A DNA stretch of 49,758 nt from contig DAIQBL010000002.1 of NCBI GenBank assembly GCA_036781185.1, positions 1 through 49,758 of the forward strand. The letters run 5' to 3'. Below the pieces are notes generated by a model. It did no database searches, was not told where the DNA came from, and was given only the letters and a program-made list of their open reading frames with translations. A program made the translations under genes and the position numbers. Of this stretch, positions 15,578-25,176 are shown in pieces. This DNA is from Thermoplasmatota archaeon (GTDB lineage Archaea; Thermoplasmatota; Thermoplasmata; Lutacidiplasmatales; UBA184). Positions within the stretch are counted from its first letter, which is position 1, and the number at the start of each line of letters is the position of its first letter.

Positions 15578-15586
15578 ATTATAAAG
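15578..15586. promoter_or_regulatory. Shared TATA-like element ATTATAAAG between divergent ftsZ and mptE-like genes
   Basis: This is the only AT-rich stretch in the 79-nt divergent spacer. It lies 34 nt from ftsZ ATG 15544 and 38 nt from GTG 15624. Confidence 0.5.
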
Positions 15587-15623
15587 GGTTCATGTTCGTA
15601 AGGGGGTCAAGGGCGGCCGGTCC

Positions 15624-16370
15624 GTGGAGTACGCTCGCTGGGCGCCGCAATATGAGCGGATCGCGCAGAAATTCGGCTTCCGGATTAGCCGGGAGCGCGA
15701 GGCGGCCGCCGTCCTCCGCGAGCTCCTTCCGGACGCGGCGAAGCAGGAGCCGCTCCGACGCGCCGCGGCCCGGATTGCCGGCCGGGTCGCGATCGTGGTC
15801 GGGCTCGCCCCCGAGGCCGGCGCCCCCCCGATCGACCGGCTACCCGCGTCGATGCGCGGGCGCGTCGTCCTGGCGGCCGACGGAGCCGCGGAGCGTTGCC
15901 TCGGCGCCGGAATCGTGCCCGACCTCGTGGTGACGGACCTCGACGGCCCGGTGGCGTCGGAGGTGACCGCCAACGCACGGGGAGCGCTCGTGGTGGTGCA
16001 CGCCCACGGGGACAACGTTCCGGCCCTCCGAGAGTGGGTCCCGGAGTTCTCCGGCGAGCTCGCCGGGTCGTGGGCCGGTCCGCCCCATGAGGCCCTGCTG
16101 AACGTCGGCGGGTTCACCGATGGGGAGCGGGCCGCGTTCCTCGCGGACGACTGCGGCGCGTCGGAGATCCTGCTCTGGGGGTTCGACTTTCATCGGGTGG
16201 GGGAGACGGCTCCGTCGGACCGGGACCGCAAGCTCGCGAAGCTGCGCTTCGCGGAGGAGGACCTCGAGCTGCTCCGCACCTCGACTCGGACCCCGCTCGT
16301 CGAATGGCGTCGTGACGGGAGCCGACGGCCGTTTCACAGCGCGGGCGCGGCGGCGAGGTCGACCCAGTAG
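15624..16370 (+). CDS. mptE: 6-hydroxymethylpterin diphosphokinase MptE-like protein (DUF115)
   Basis: GTG ORF of 248 aa. IVPDLVVTDLDG and VVVHAHGDN motifs plus GFTDGERAAFLA resemble the archaeal MptE/DUF115 family. Confidence 0.65.
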   Translation: MEYARWAPQYERIAQKFGFRISREREAAAVLRELLPDAAKQEPLRRAAARIAGRVAIVVGLAPEAGAPPIDRLPASMRGRVVLAADGAAERCLGAGIVPDLVVTDLDGPVASEVTANARGALVVVHAHGDNVPALREWVPEFSGELAGSWAGPPHEALLNVGGFTDGERAAFLADDCGASEILLWGFDFHRVGETAPSDRDRKLAKLRFAEEDLELLRTSTRTPLVEWRRDGSRRPFHSAGAAARSTQ

Positions 16371-18070
16371 ACCGTCGTACCCCCATTTTCGTAGACGGGC
16401 ACGAACGGGGCCGTCGAGAACCACGCGGTGGCCGCGCCGCTCATCGGCAGGGCGAGAGCGTTCGGGTCGAGCGGCACGCCGACCGTTCGCATGGTCCCGT
16501 CGACGATGACGACGTCCACGGCATACTCGTGCGGCGGGTGGGGCGCGTCGGCGCTTCCGAGCTCGGCCAGCGCCTGCGACCAATTCGATCCGGTGAACAG
16601 CGCCGGGGTCGAATCCCACGTCGCGGGATTGCCGTCGAACCCGAACACCATGGAGCTCACCGGATGGTCGCTCGCGACGGCGTCGTTCGTCGGGACCCCG
16701 ATGCCGGTCCACATCCACACGGCCGCATCGGCGTTCGTCAGTCCTTCCTGGAACCCGCCGAACAGCGCCGGAGGCGGGTACGCGATCGCGGCGTTCGCCC
16801 CGACGAGCACCACCACGGCGAGGGCGACGGCGATGGCCGCCGGCCGACCTCGCCGGTCCTGCGCAAGGCCCACGAGCCGCCCGAGGCAGATCGCCACCAC
16901 GAGCCCGAGCGGCAGGACGAGATACTCGGCGTGGCGGGCCGGGGAGATCGTGGCGTTGCCGAGGGCGAGCGCGAGGATCGCGGAGACTCCGACCGCGGCG
17001 ACCCACATCAGGAGCAGCGGTCCCTCGCGGGAGAAGCTCAGGAGCCGGCGCGAGCCGGAGGTCGCGACGATCGACAGGAGCAGGGGGGAGAAGAACGCGA
17101 GGGCCGCGAGCGTCGTGCGCTGGCCCATCGTACCGGGGAGGGGAACGACGATGAGGAGCGCGAGCCCGCCGTAGATCCCCACGAGGAGGATCGCGGCGTC
17201 GCGGAGGACCGACGGGTCGGACGGGAACTTGACCCGGTAGCGCGGCGTCGGACGCGCGCCCCGTCGGTAGCTCAGAAGGGCGAGGATGACGACGAAGCCC
17301 GTGACCACCGCCCCCTCGACGAGGGGGAACGAGAGGGTCACGCCGTGGATCGGCGCGCTCACGATCGCCTGGAAGGCGCCCCGACCGAACCAGAACGCGA
17401 GCGCCCCCGTCAGCAAGGCGAACAGGAATCCGAGCTCCCGGAGCGGGAAGCGGAGGCTCCATCGCCGGGGCCAGACGAGTTCCGTGAGAACGACGAGCCC
17501 GAGCGCGCTGACGACGAAGAAGTACGTCGAGAGGTGGTGCGTGAAGACGAGCGCGGCGCCGGTCAGCGCGAGCGGGACGTACCAACGGGCGTCACGCCGG
17601 CTCTCGAGGAACATCCAGAGCGCGCCGAGGACGAGGAAGTCGCCCAGCGCGAGGGGGGCGGGGTGGGCGACGGAGAACATCCTCGGCATGAACACCGCAC
17701 CGAGCGTGGCGCCCAGGATCGCCACGGTGTCGTTCGGAACGAAGCGCCGGCCGAGGAGGAACAGCGGCACGACGGCGAGCGCGGCGAGGACGGGCGCCAC
17801 GACCTGGAGCGCCGGCAGCACACCAACTCCCGTGGCTCCCGCCGTGGCCGCCGAGAGCTCGAAGAGACCGGGAAACTGGCCGTAGGAGAATCCCCAACCG
17901 GCGTAGGCCCCCAGCCCCGGCAGATGCCCGGTCGTGGCGAGGGTGCTCGTGAGATTGTAGTACTCGCCCGTGTCGCTCCCGAACACCGGGAAGATTCCGA
18001 GCGGTTCGAGCGCGACGAAGACGAGCAGGAGGACCGCCGAACCGAGCCAAGCGAGCTCCGCGCGGTCCAT
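16334..18070 (-). CDS. Polytopic membrane glycosyltransferase-like protein (GT-C fold, ArnT/PMT-like)
   Basis: Start set at ATG 18070 (MDRAELAWLGSAVLLLVFVAL...) within track ORF 16334..18403. About 13 hydrophobic helices precede a C-terminal soluble domain. The family call is tentative. Confidence 0.55.
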   Translation of the reverse strand: MDRAELAWLGSAVLLLVFVALEPLGIFPVFGSDTGEYYNLTSTLATTGHLPGLGAYAGWGFSYGQFPGLFELSAATAGATGVGVLPALQVVAPVLAALAVVPLFLLGRRFVPNDTVAILGATLGAVFMPRMFSVAHPAPLALGDFLVLGALWMFLESRRDARWYVPLALTGAALVFTHHLSTYFFVVSALGLVVLTELVWPRRWSLRFPLRELGFLFALLTGALAFWFGRGAFQAIVSAPIHGVTLSFPLVEGAVVTGFVVILALLSYRRGARPTPRYRVKFPSDPSVLRDAAILLVGIYGGLALLIVVPLPGTMGQRTTLAALAFFSPLLLSIVATSGSRRLLSFSREGPLLLMWVAAVGVSAILALALGNATISPARHAEYLVLPLGLVVAICLGRLVGLAQDRRGRPAAIAVALAVVVLVGANAAIAYPPPALFGGFQEGLTNADAAVWMWTGIGVPTNDAVASDHPVSSMVFGFDGNPATWDSTPALFTGSNWSQALAELGSADAPHPPHEYAVDVVIVDGTMRTVGVPLDPNALALPMSGAATAWFSTAPFVPVYENGGTTVYWVDLAAAPAL

Positions 18071-18185
18071 GCTGTCCGGAGGATTGGCCGGGGCCGATCC
18101 TACAGGCCCCGCGAGCGGTCTCCGGCGGATTATCTTCGCGCTCCGGGCCCTCGGGAGCTCTCTCGACGAGTGGAACTTCCATACC

Positions 18186-18194
18186 TCTAAATAG
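18186..18194 (+). promoter_or_regulatory. TATA-like element TCTAAATAG upstream of the KAP-repeat protein gene
   Basis: AT-rich 9-mer ending 38 nt upstream of ATG 18232. Confidence 0.45.
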
Positions 18195-18231
18195 GGGGGG
18201 CTGGTGGGGGCGGAATCGAGGCCTCGCCGAG

Positions 18232-18636
18232 ATGGCATCCAAATCGAAACCGGCCCGCCGCTCGACGGCGCCCTCTCGCGCCAAGCCGCGCCCCACCGCC
18301 GCGAAGAAGCCGGCCGCGAAGCCGGTGAAGAAGGCCCCGACGAAGAGCCCGGCCAAGCCGGCGCCCAAGGTCGCCGCGAAGGCCCCCGCGAAGGCCCCCG
18401 CAAAGCCCGCGGCCAAGCCCGGCGCGAAGCGGCCTGCGGCCCCGACCGAGACGATCCCGATCCCCCTGCGGGGCGACGGCCGCCGGCACATGCTGTCGCT
18501 TTCGTTCCTCCGCGACGGCGACGAGTTCCTTGCCCGCCTCGAGACGGACGCGGGCCAGATCACGGAACTGAAGAACCGGGCCCTCGACCAGCTGCTCACG
18601 CTGGTCGCGGGCGAGCTCGAGGACCTCCTCGAGTAG
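18232..18636 (+). CDS. Lys/Ala/Pro-repeat (histone-H1-tail-like) protein with a small C-terminal globular domain
   Basis: ATG ORF of 134 aa. Residues 1-70 are AKKPAAKPVKKAPTKSPAKPAPKVAAKAPAKAPAKPAAKPGAK-type repeats. Residues 75-134 (IPIPLRGDGRRHMLSLSFL...LLTLVAGELEDLLE) are non-repetitive. Confidence 0.55.
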   Translation: MASKSKPARRSTAPSRAKPRPTAAKKPAAKPVKKAPTKSPAKPAPKVAAKAPAKAPAKPAAKPGAKRPAAPTETIPIPLRGDGRRHMLSLSFLRDGDEFLARLETDAGQITELKNRALDQLLTLVAGELEDLLE

Positions 18637-18646
18637 GCCCGCCCGG

Positions 18647-19201
18647 CTACGACGTCTCGTCGAGCCGGTCGAAGAAGCCGCGGCCGACGAGATAGTTCGT
18701 CCGGTGCCCCTCGCCGTCGGAAAGTTCGATCAGCTCGGTCGGGGCACCCATGAGGAGACCCCCCGAATAGCGCTGCAGCACGTGCGTCCGAAGCTGGGGT
18801 GGGGCGGGCCACCGCCGGCGCCGACCGAACCGCTCCGTCACGAGTACCGATCCGGACCCGAAGGCGGCCCCGCGCGGGGCCCTTAGGACCGTGATTGAGG
18901 CGCCGACCACGGCGAGGAGGATCGTGAACCCGGCGAGGAGGCCGTACACCTCGGCGCTGTCCGAAACGCCGGGGGACGGCGAGGTCGCGGCCTCGACGAC
19001 GAACACCCCGAGGATGACGACGAGGGTGAGCGCGAACAGCCCGAACATCCGGAAGGCGCGCGCGGTTCCCGCGTCGTTCGCGACGTAGCCGGAGCTCCCG
19101 CCCCCCTCGCCGTCCCAGAACCTTCGGTCGGCGTCCTCCGGCCGCCGACGGCCGGAGTCGGCCGGGCGACGTGCGATCCGGACCGGGCGGGGGTCGGCCA
19201 T
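18647..19201 (-). CDS. Hypothetical membrane protein (2 TM helices + C-terminal PH-like domain, tentative)
   Basis: Start set at ATG 19201 ([10 protein letters not shown]...) in track ORF 18647..19453. TM helices [18 protein letters not shown] and [22 protein letters not shown]. Confidence 0.45.
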   Translation of the reverse strand: MADPRPVRIARRPADSGRRRPEDADRRFWDGEGGGSSGYVANDAGTARAFRMFGLFALTLVVILGVFVVEAATSPSPGVSDSAEVYGLLAGFTILLAVVGASITVLRAPRGAAFGSGSVLVTERFGRRRRWPAPPQLRTHVLQRYSGGLLMGAPTELIELSDGEGHRTNYLVGRGFFDRLDETS

Positions 19202-19265
19202 CCGACGGGCTCTACGGGTGGGGGCGGGCGATAAACTTGACGACGGGGACGCAGTTGGGCCCTCG

Positions 19266-19676
19266 ATGACGACCGCGACCGAGTACCTGTGGTTCGAGAC
19301 GAAGACCGAGCGAGCGTTCGTCCGGATCACCGACCGGGTCCGCGAGGTCGTGCGGAAGAGCGGCGTGCGGGAGGGGTTCGTCCTCGTCTCCGCGATGCAC
19401 ATCACAGCCGCCGTGTACGTCAACGACGACGAGCCGGGGCTGATCTCGGACATCGGCGCCTGGGCCGACCGCCTCGCGCCGACCGGCGACTACGCCCACC
19501 ATAGGACGGGTGAGTCGAACGGCGACGCCCACCTGAAGAACCTCTTGCTCGGTCACCAGGTCATCCTACCCGTGACGAACGGCGACCTCGACCTTGGGCC
19601 GTGGGAGCAGGTCTTCTACGCTGAGTTCGACGGCCGACGACGGAAGCGCGTCGTCGTCAAGGTCCTGGGAGAGTAG
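19266..19676 (+). CDS. YjbQ/UPF0047 family protein (secondary thiamine-phosphate synthase-type)
   Basis: Start set at ATG 19266 ([13 protein letters not shown]...). Motifs [40 protein letters not shown] and [16 protein letters not shown]. Confidence 0.85.
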   Translation: MTTATEYLWFETKTERAFVRITDRVREVVRKSGVREGFVLVSAMHITAAVYVNDDEPGLISDIGAWADRLAPTGDYAHHRTGESNGDAHLKNLLLGHQVILPVTNGDLDLGPWEQVFYAEFDGRRRKRVVVKVLGE

Positions 19677-21813
19677 CCGACGTCGCCGGGTGGCTCGCCC
19701 GCCGTCGCCAGGGCCCGGGGAGGGCGCCCATCGCCCCGAGGCTCGATACGAGGAGTACGGCCGAGGCGATCGCGAGCGCGCCGAGCACCGGGACGACGGG
19801 CGGGGGACCGGAGGAGGCCGGGGCGCACGGCCCGGCCGAGAGCGCGACGGCGAGCTGTTCGGTTCCCGACGCGCCATCGGGGTCGGACGCAGTGACGTTC
19901 ACGACGTACTGACCCGCGCGGCCGTATGCGTGCTGGACCGGCTCGCCGGTCGCGGGGGGCGAACCGTCGCCGAACTGCCACTCGATCGAATCCGAGTCGG
20001 CGTTCCCCGACGGCTCGGCGCGGAACTGGACGGTCGTGGTCCCCGGAGCGCAGGCGCCCCCGACGCGGGCCCAGGTCGCGTTCACCTCGAGGTTCGGGGC
20101 GGGAACGGTCGTGGTGACCGGAAGGTGGAACGCCTGCCGGTCCCCGGCCGCATCCCCGACCGTCACGTTCCCCCAGTGCGACCCCGCATGGGCGAACAGG
20201 TGGTCGACCGCCGGCCCGGTCTGGTTCGTGCCGTCATCGAAGGTCCACGCGTACGAGTACGGAGGCATCCCGCCCGTGGCCGCCGCCTCGAACGCCGCGC
20301 CGTAGGGCACGGAGGCGTTCGGCGCAGCGACGCTCGCCGAGGCCGAGAACGGGAGTCCGAACGCCGTCAGGTGGCCGGAGGTTCCGTTGGGTGCGCCGGA
20401 CGCCACGAACAGGCGGCCGTCCACGACGACCGACTCCCCGTCGATCACGTCGGCACCCGGGGCGGTGGAGTTCCAGAGCACCTGTCCCGTTTCGGCATCC
20501 AGAGCCGACTCGCGACCCCCGCCGCCGGTGAAGACGAGTCCGTTCGCGTAGGTCAAGGAGGCCCACGGATAGCCGCCGCCGACCGAGGTATTCCACCGTA
20601 CCGTTCCGTCGGACGGGTCGATCGCCTCGACGGTGCCGGAGTAGTTGACTGAGTTGCCCCCGGCGGCGAAGACCGTGGTCCCGTCGAACGCGGCGCCGGA
20701 CCATCCTCCGCCGGTGACGTCGCGCCAGACGGGGCCCCACCCGGGGGACGTGACGTTGCTCCGGTTGAACGCGTACAGGACGCCGTTCTTGTTCGACGCG
20801 AGGACGAGCGGCGAGCCGCTCGCCGGGTTCACGAGGGTGGCGGTCGACCCGAAGTCGGAGTCGGTTCCGATGACGTTCGGGACCTCCCAGGAACCCCGGA
20901 GGGCGAGCGTGGAGGCGTTGAGTCCGACGACCGACTGGGCGTACGGCTGCGGAGAGCCCTCGTCGTTGCCGGTGGTGACCCAGATCGTGTCCGACCCCGG
21001 ATCGGCGGTCGGGGTCGTCCAGATCGTGGAGCCGAGCCGTCCGGGCGGCGGCGCGACCCACGTGTGGTTCACGCTCGGGGGGCCCGAAAGGTTGACCTGC
21101 AGCAGTTCGCCGGCGACGAGGGGGTTGTCGGCGCAGCTCGCCTCGCCGACGTAGAGTTCGTGGTGGAACACGAGCGCGCTGGCCCAGTCGTAGTAGCCTC
21201 GCGAGGTGGGTCCGCCGAGCGCGAGGGACCAGTCGAGGTGGCCGGTCGAGGCGTTCAACGCGTCCCAACTGCCGTTCGGCGCCCCGAGGTACAGCGTACC
21301 GTTCGAGAGAGCGGGCGTCGATTCGAGACCGTGCACGTAGCAGTCGCTGTCGTAGCCAAGGAACCGGCTCCACTCGAGCGCCCCGGTCGAGGCGCTCGCC
21401 GCGTACTCGTACCCGTTCCAGGCGCCCCAGTAGACCGTGCCGTTCGCGACGATGGGCGCGCTGAGGTCGGAGCCGTTCGTCGGGATGCTCCACACGGGGC
21501 GGAGTGCCGAGACGTTCGAGGGGGCGATCGTCCGTTCGAGAAGGTTGGCGCCCGTGTGTTCCGGGGAGCCCATGAACGTCGGCCAGCTCACCTCGCCCGT
21601 TCCGCCCCGGGGCACCAGCGCTGCGGTCGGATGCGACGGTCCGCCGGCCGGCGCCGGCCCCGGGTTGGGCGTTCCCCTGACGGCGCCGACGGGGCCGCCG
21701 CGAGGTTCGGCCGAGACGGCCCCGCTCGCGGAGAGCAGGAGGAATAGGACGGCGGCGACCCGGACCGGGCCAAGGAGCCGGTGGCGAACGGGAAACGGAC
21801 CGCGGTGACCCAT
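19657..21813 (-). CDS. Secreted/anchored surface protein: PQQ-like beta-propeller + two PKD domains + C-terminal TM anchor
   Basis: Start set at ATG 21813 ([35 protein letters not shown]). Contains repeated GTVYWG / GTLYLG / GLVFTGG propeller blades, PKD motifs [16 protein letters not shown] and EWQFGDGSP...[12 protein letters not shown], and a C-terminal hydrophobic helix. Confidence 0.75.
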   Translation of the reverse strand: MGHRGPFPVRHRLLGPVRVAAVLFLLLSASGAVSAEPRGGPVGAVRGTPNPGPAPAGGPSHPTAALVPRGGTGEVSWPTFMGSPEHTGANLLERTIAPSNVSALRPVWSIPTNGSDLSAPIVANGTVYWGAWNGYEYAASASTGALEWSRFLGYDSDCYVHGLESTPALSNGTLYLGAPNGSWDALNASTGHLDWSLALGGPTSRGYYDWASALVFHHELYVGEASCADNPLVAGELLQVNLSGPPSVNHTWVAPPPGRLGSTIWTTPTADPGSDTIWVTTGNDEGSPQPYAQSVVGLNASTLALRGSWEVPNVIGTDSDFGSTATLVNPASGSPLVLASNKNGVLYAFNRSNVTSPGWGPVWRDVTGGGWSGAAFDGTTVFAAGGNSVNYSGTVEAIDPSDGTVRWNTSVGGGYPWASLTYANGLVFTGGGGRESALDAETGQVLWNSTAPGADVIDGESVVVDGRLFVASGAPNGTSGHLTAFGLPFSASASVAAPNASVPYGAAFEAAATGGMPPYSYAWTFDDGTNQTGPAVDHLFAHAGSHWGNVTVGDAAGDRQAFHLPVTTTVPAPNLEVNATWARVGGACAPGTTTVQFRAEPSGNADSDSIEWQFGDGSPPATGEPVQHAYGRAGQYVVNVTASDPDGASGTEQLAVALSAGPCAPASSGPPPVVPVLGALAIASAVLLVSSLGAMGALPGPWRRRASHPATSATLPGP

Positions 21814-21823
21814 GGCGGGAAGG

Positions 21824-22936
21824 TCAGGCCCCTTCGAGGCTCGAGTCCGCAGCGCCGAGGTTCTTCGCGGCGGCCGGTTGCGGTCGGGGTTTCGACAGGT
21901 CGACAAGCGGGACCTTCCGGGCGATCTCCCGCGCCATCGCGGAGCAGGTCGAGGCGGGCCCGGGCCGGTCAGTGTAGCCGGGGAGCGCGAGGTCGTAGGT
22001 GACGACCTTCTTCTCGGCGATCGTCTCCCAGACGGCCCGGTAGACCCGTTCCGCCTCGTCCGGGTGCCCGAGGTGGCGGAGCATCAGCTCGACGCAGAGG
22101 ATCTCCGCCACCGGGTTCGCCTTGTCCTGGCCGGCGTACTTCGGCGCCGAGCCGTGCACCGGCTCGAACAGCGCGATCGATTCCCCGTAGAGCGCCCCGG
22201 GGGCGATCCCGAGGCCGCCGGCGAGGCCCGCGCACAGGTCGGAGAGGATGTCCCCGAACAGGTTCGTCGTGACGATCACGTCGTACTCCGACGGCTTCTT
22301 CACGAGCTGCATCGCCATATTGTCGACGAGCCACTCGTCGCTCGGGACGTCGGGATAGTTCGCCGCGAGCTCCCGGAACGACGTCTGGAACAGCGCCCCG
22401 GTCGTCTTCATGATGTTCGCCTTGTGGACGGCCGTCACCTTGCGCCGCCGGTGGGCCCGGGCGTACTCGAAGGCGAACCGGACGATCCGGTCGCACGCCT
22501 TCCGGGTGACGACGTTCACGGTCTCGGCGGCGGAGTGCTCGCGGTCGACCCAGTGTTCGACGCCGGAGTAGAGGCCCTCGGTCGCTTCCCGGACCACGAC
22601 GAGGTCGGTCTCGGGGAATCTCGTCCCCTCCCCGGCGATCGCGCGGGCCGGGCGGACTGAGGCGTAGAGGTCGAGCTGTTGCCGGAGCGCGACGTTCACC
22701 GACCGGAACCCCGAGCCGATCGGGGTCGTGATCGGTCCCTTGAGGGCGACCTTGTTCCGCCGGATCGATTCGAGGACGGCGTCGGGCAGCGGCGTGCCGG
22801 ACGCCGGGATCGCCCGCTCGCCCGCAACGACGACCTCCCACTCGATGTCGACGCCGGTCGCAGCCGTCACGAGCCGGGCGGCGTCGGTGACCTCTGGCCC
22901 GATCCCGTCGCCCGGAATGAGCGTGACCTTCACCAC
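21824..22936 (-). CDS. Isocitrate/isopropylmalate dehydrogenase family enzyme, IDH3-like (probable isocitrate or homoisocitrate dehydrogenase)
   Basis: GTG start at 22936 ([16 protein letters not shown]) inside track ORF 21824..23146. Motifs [39 protein letters not shown] and [12 protein letters not shown]. Confidence 0.85.
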   Translation of the reverse strand: MVKVTLIPGDGIGPEVTDAARLVTAATGVDIEWEVVVAGERAIPASGTPLPDAVLESIRRNKVALKGPITTPIGSGFRSVNVALRQQLDLYASVRPARAIAGEGTRFPETDLVVVREATEGLYSGVEHWVDREHSAAETVNVVTRKACDRIVRFAFEYARAHRRRKVTAVHKANIMKTTGALFQTSFRELAANYPDVPSDEWLVDNMAMQLVKKPSEYDVIVTTNLFGDILSDLCAGLAGGLGIAPGALYGESIALFEPVHGSAPKYAGQDKANPVAEILCVELMLRHLGHPDEAERVYRAVWETIAEKKVVTYDLALPGYTDRPGPASTCSAMAREIARKVPLVDLSKPRPQPAAAKNLGAADSSLEGA

Positions 22937-22991
22937 GGACGGACTCCCGGGCGTCGTCGAGTCGAGGCGGGTTTTAACGCAAACGGGCCGG

Positions 22992-23912
22992 TCACGGTTT
23001 CGCCGACGCCGGCGCGCTGCCCGAGGAGCCGCCGGGCAGCAACTGGCGCAAGATCGCGTCGCGGAGCGGGGCCTCGTCCGGCTCGTTCGACCAGATGACG
23101 ACCACCGCATCCCACGTCGCGGTCCCGAGGTCGGCGACCTCGACATGCGGCTCGGGTACCCCCGGGATCGGCGCCTGCTGGCGCGTGCACGCCGCGAGGG
23201 CGGCTTCGACGCGGGCCACGGGGACCTTGAGGTCGAGCGTCATCCGGATCCGGTACATCCTCGGCGAAGGATGGCTCAGGTTGAGGACGAGCGCCGTGAC
23301 GAGCGTCTGGTTCGGGAACTCGGCGACCCGGCCGTTGTCGAGGCGGAGCCTCGTGTAGCTCAACCCGATCTCCCGGACGGTTCCGACGTAGGTCGGGTAC
23401 CCCATCTCGTGGGGGTACGAGGGGGCGATCACCCCGTAATTCGCCGAGACGACCGCGATCCGGTCGCCCACGTGGAACGGCGTCGCGAGGATGATGAGGA
23501 ACCCGGCGAAGACGTTCGCGAGCACGGTCTGCGCGGCGAGGCCGATCACGATGCCGGCGAACGCGCTCGAGAGGAGCAGGCTCGAGAGGGAGACGTTGAA
23601 CAGGCTGAGGATCGACGCCACCACGACCATCGCGATGATGACGTTCGTGACGAACCGGATCCCGGCGGAGTGGCCGAGGTTGCCGACCCGCCTCAGGTAG
23701 ATCCGGATCGCCGAGCCGAACAGGACGGCCGCGAGGTAGCCGACGACGACCGCGGCCCCGACGTCGAGCGCCTTCCAGTAGAGCGGGTCGATGACGCCGA
23801 ACACCCGCGAAACGACGAGGAGGCCGATGTAGACGGCGATGCCGATCGCGAGGACCGCGAGGAGGCGGGAACCCAGCCGGAGGTTGCCCCCCTCGACCTC
23901 GTCGTTCGCCAT
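22992..23912 (-). CDS. Mechanosensitive ion channel, MscS family
   Basis: Start set at ATG 23912 (MANDEVEGG...) inside track ORF 22992..24602. Three TM helices are followed by [36 protein letters not shown], the MscS pore-helix/beta-domain signature. Confidence 0.8.
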   Translation of the reverse strand: MANDEVEGGNLRLGSRLLAVLAIGIAVYIGLLVVSRVFGVIDPLYWKALDVGAAVVVGYLAAVLFGSAIRIYLRRVGNLGHSAGIRFVTNVIIAMVVVASILSLFNVSLSSLLLSSAFAGIVIGLAAQTVLANVFAGFLIILATPFHVGDRIAVVSANYGVIAPSYPHEMGYPTYVGTVREIGLSYTRLRLDNGRVAEFPNQTLVTALVLNLSHPSPRMYRIRMTLDLKVPVARVEAALAACTRQQAPIPGVPEPHVEVADLGTATWDAVVVIWSNEPDEAPLRDAILRQLLPGGSSGSAPASAKP

Positions 23913-23976
23913 CGTTTGCCGGAACCGGCTCGGGCCATAGGGGTTTGGGCCGCCGAACGGTGCTCTCCTAAGCTTT

Positions 23977-23984
23977 CTTATATG
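23977..23984 (+). promoter_or_regulatory. TATA box CTTATATG upstream of the orc1/cdc6-like gene
   Basis: AT-rich octamer ending 20 nt upstream of GTG 24004, which implies a leaderless mRNA. Confidence 0.5.
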
Positions 23985-24003
23985 CCTAAGGAATCTTGGA
24001 ATC

Positions 24004-25176
24004 GTGTACGCCACGCCGCATCCCGTCGTGTTGACGCCGGACTGGCTGCCGCCCTTCCTTCCCGACCGAGCCGCCGAGCTGGCCGAGCTCACCGAGACGC
24101 TCGGCGACCCGTACCCCGCGACTCCGCCCCCGTGGATCGCGGCGGTCGTCGGCCCGAGCGGCTCGGGGACCAGCGCGACCGCCCGCCTGGCGGCGCGACG
24201 GATCGTCGAGGGATTGCACCGGGAGGCTCCGGGGGCGACGCCCGCCCTCGTCCGCGTTCGGGTCGCGGAGGCGAGCGGCACCCAGGGGGTCGCCTCCGGG
24301 CTGTTGAAGGGCCTCGACGGCGGATTCGAGCCGAGGGGGTTTCCCGTCGCCGAGATCCTCGCCGGGTTCCTGCGGCGCCTCGCCCGGGAACACCGACCGG
24401 CCGTGGTCGTTCTCGACGACATCGGACCGGACGCCCCCGACCTCGGCCCCGTCGTCCGGGCGCTTACGGCGCCGGCGCGATTCCTTCCGGAAGGAGCGGA
24501 ATCGCCCCCGACGACGTGGACCATCCTCGCCGGCCGCTCCGAGGCGGAGGCCGCGTGGGCCCGGGTGCATCGCGCCGGTTTGCCCCGTACGGCGCGACTC
24601 ACCCTCCCCCCGCTCCGTCCCGGGACCGTGCGGGCGATCGTGCTCGACCGCGCGACCCGGGCCCTGGGCCACGAGCCTCCCGCGGAGCTCGTCGACCGGC
24701 TCGTCGAACGGTGCGCCCGGGAGGGTCGGGGCGTGACGCGGGCGCTCGACCTGCTCCGCCGCGAGCTCCTCGGCCCATCGAACGGCCGTCCGGCGCCCGC
24801 GACCTCAGGCCCCGGATCGGACCGGTCCCCGGTCGAACCCCGCGTGCTCGCGGCCCTCGAGCGGGCGACCCGGGGTCGCGCGGCGACCCTCGGGGAGATC
24901 CGGGCCTGGGAGGTACGGCTCGCCGGAGAGGAAGGCGCCCGCCCGCTGCCCGCGACGACGCTCTGGCGACGGATGGTCCGGCTTCAGGCGGCCGGGGTGA
25001 TCCGTCGGGACGTGCGGCCGGGAGGCCCCGGCGGGACGCGCTCGACCATCGAGATCGTCGGGCCGATTCCGTTCTACGCGCTCACGGATTCGGCTCGAAC
25101 TCGTCGAGCCGCTTCGGCCCCTTCGGTCGGACCCGGGGCGCGGACACCGTCGGCTCCGTGGGCCGCGGCGGCGTAG
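24004..25176 (+). CDS. Orc1/Cdc6-type AAA+ protein, divergent paralog with a degenerate Walker A
   Basis: GTG ORF of 390 aa. FLPDRAAELAEL, then VVGPSGSGTSATA (Thr where the P-loop Lys is expected), Walker B VVVLDDIG, and a C-terminal winged helix (LWRRMVRLQAAGVIRRDV...RSTIEIV). Confidence 0.7.
   Translation: MYATPHPVVLTPDWLPPFLPDRAAELAELTETLGDPYPATPPPWIAAVVGPSGSGTSATARLAARRIVEGLHREAPGATPALVRVRVAEASGTQGVASGLLKGLDGGFEPRGFPVAEILAGFLRRLAREHRPAVVVLDDIGPDAPDLGPVVRALTAPARFLPEGAESPPTTWTILAGRSEAEAAWARVHRAGLPRTARLTLPPLRPGTVRAIVLDRATRALGHEPPAELVDRLVERCAREGRGVTRALDLLRRELLGPSNGRPAPATSGPGSDRSPVEPRVLAALERATRGRAATLGEIRAWEVRLAGEEGARPLPATTLWRRMVRLQAAGVIRRDVRPGGPGGTRSTIEIVGPIPFYALTDSARTRRAASAPSVGPGARTPSAPWAAAA

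Noticed and set aside
23913-24003. Replication origin next to the orc1/cdc6-like gene.
   Set aside because: The spacer is only 91 nt and GC-rich apart from the TATA box. No AT-rich unwinding element or repeated ORB-like boxes are visible by eye.
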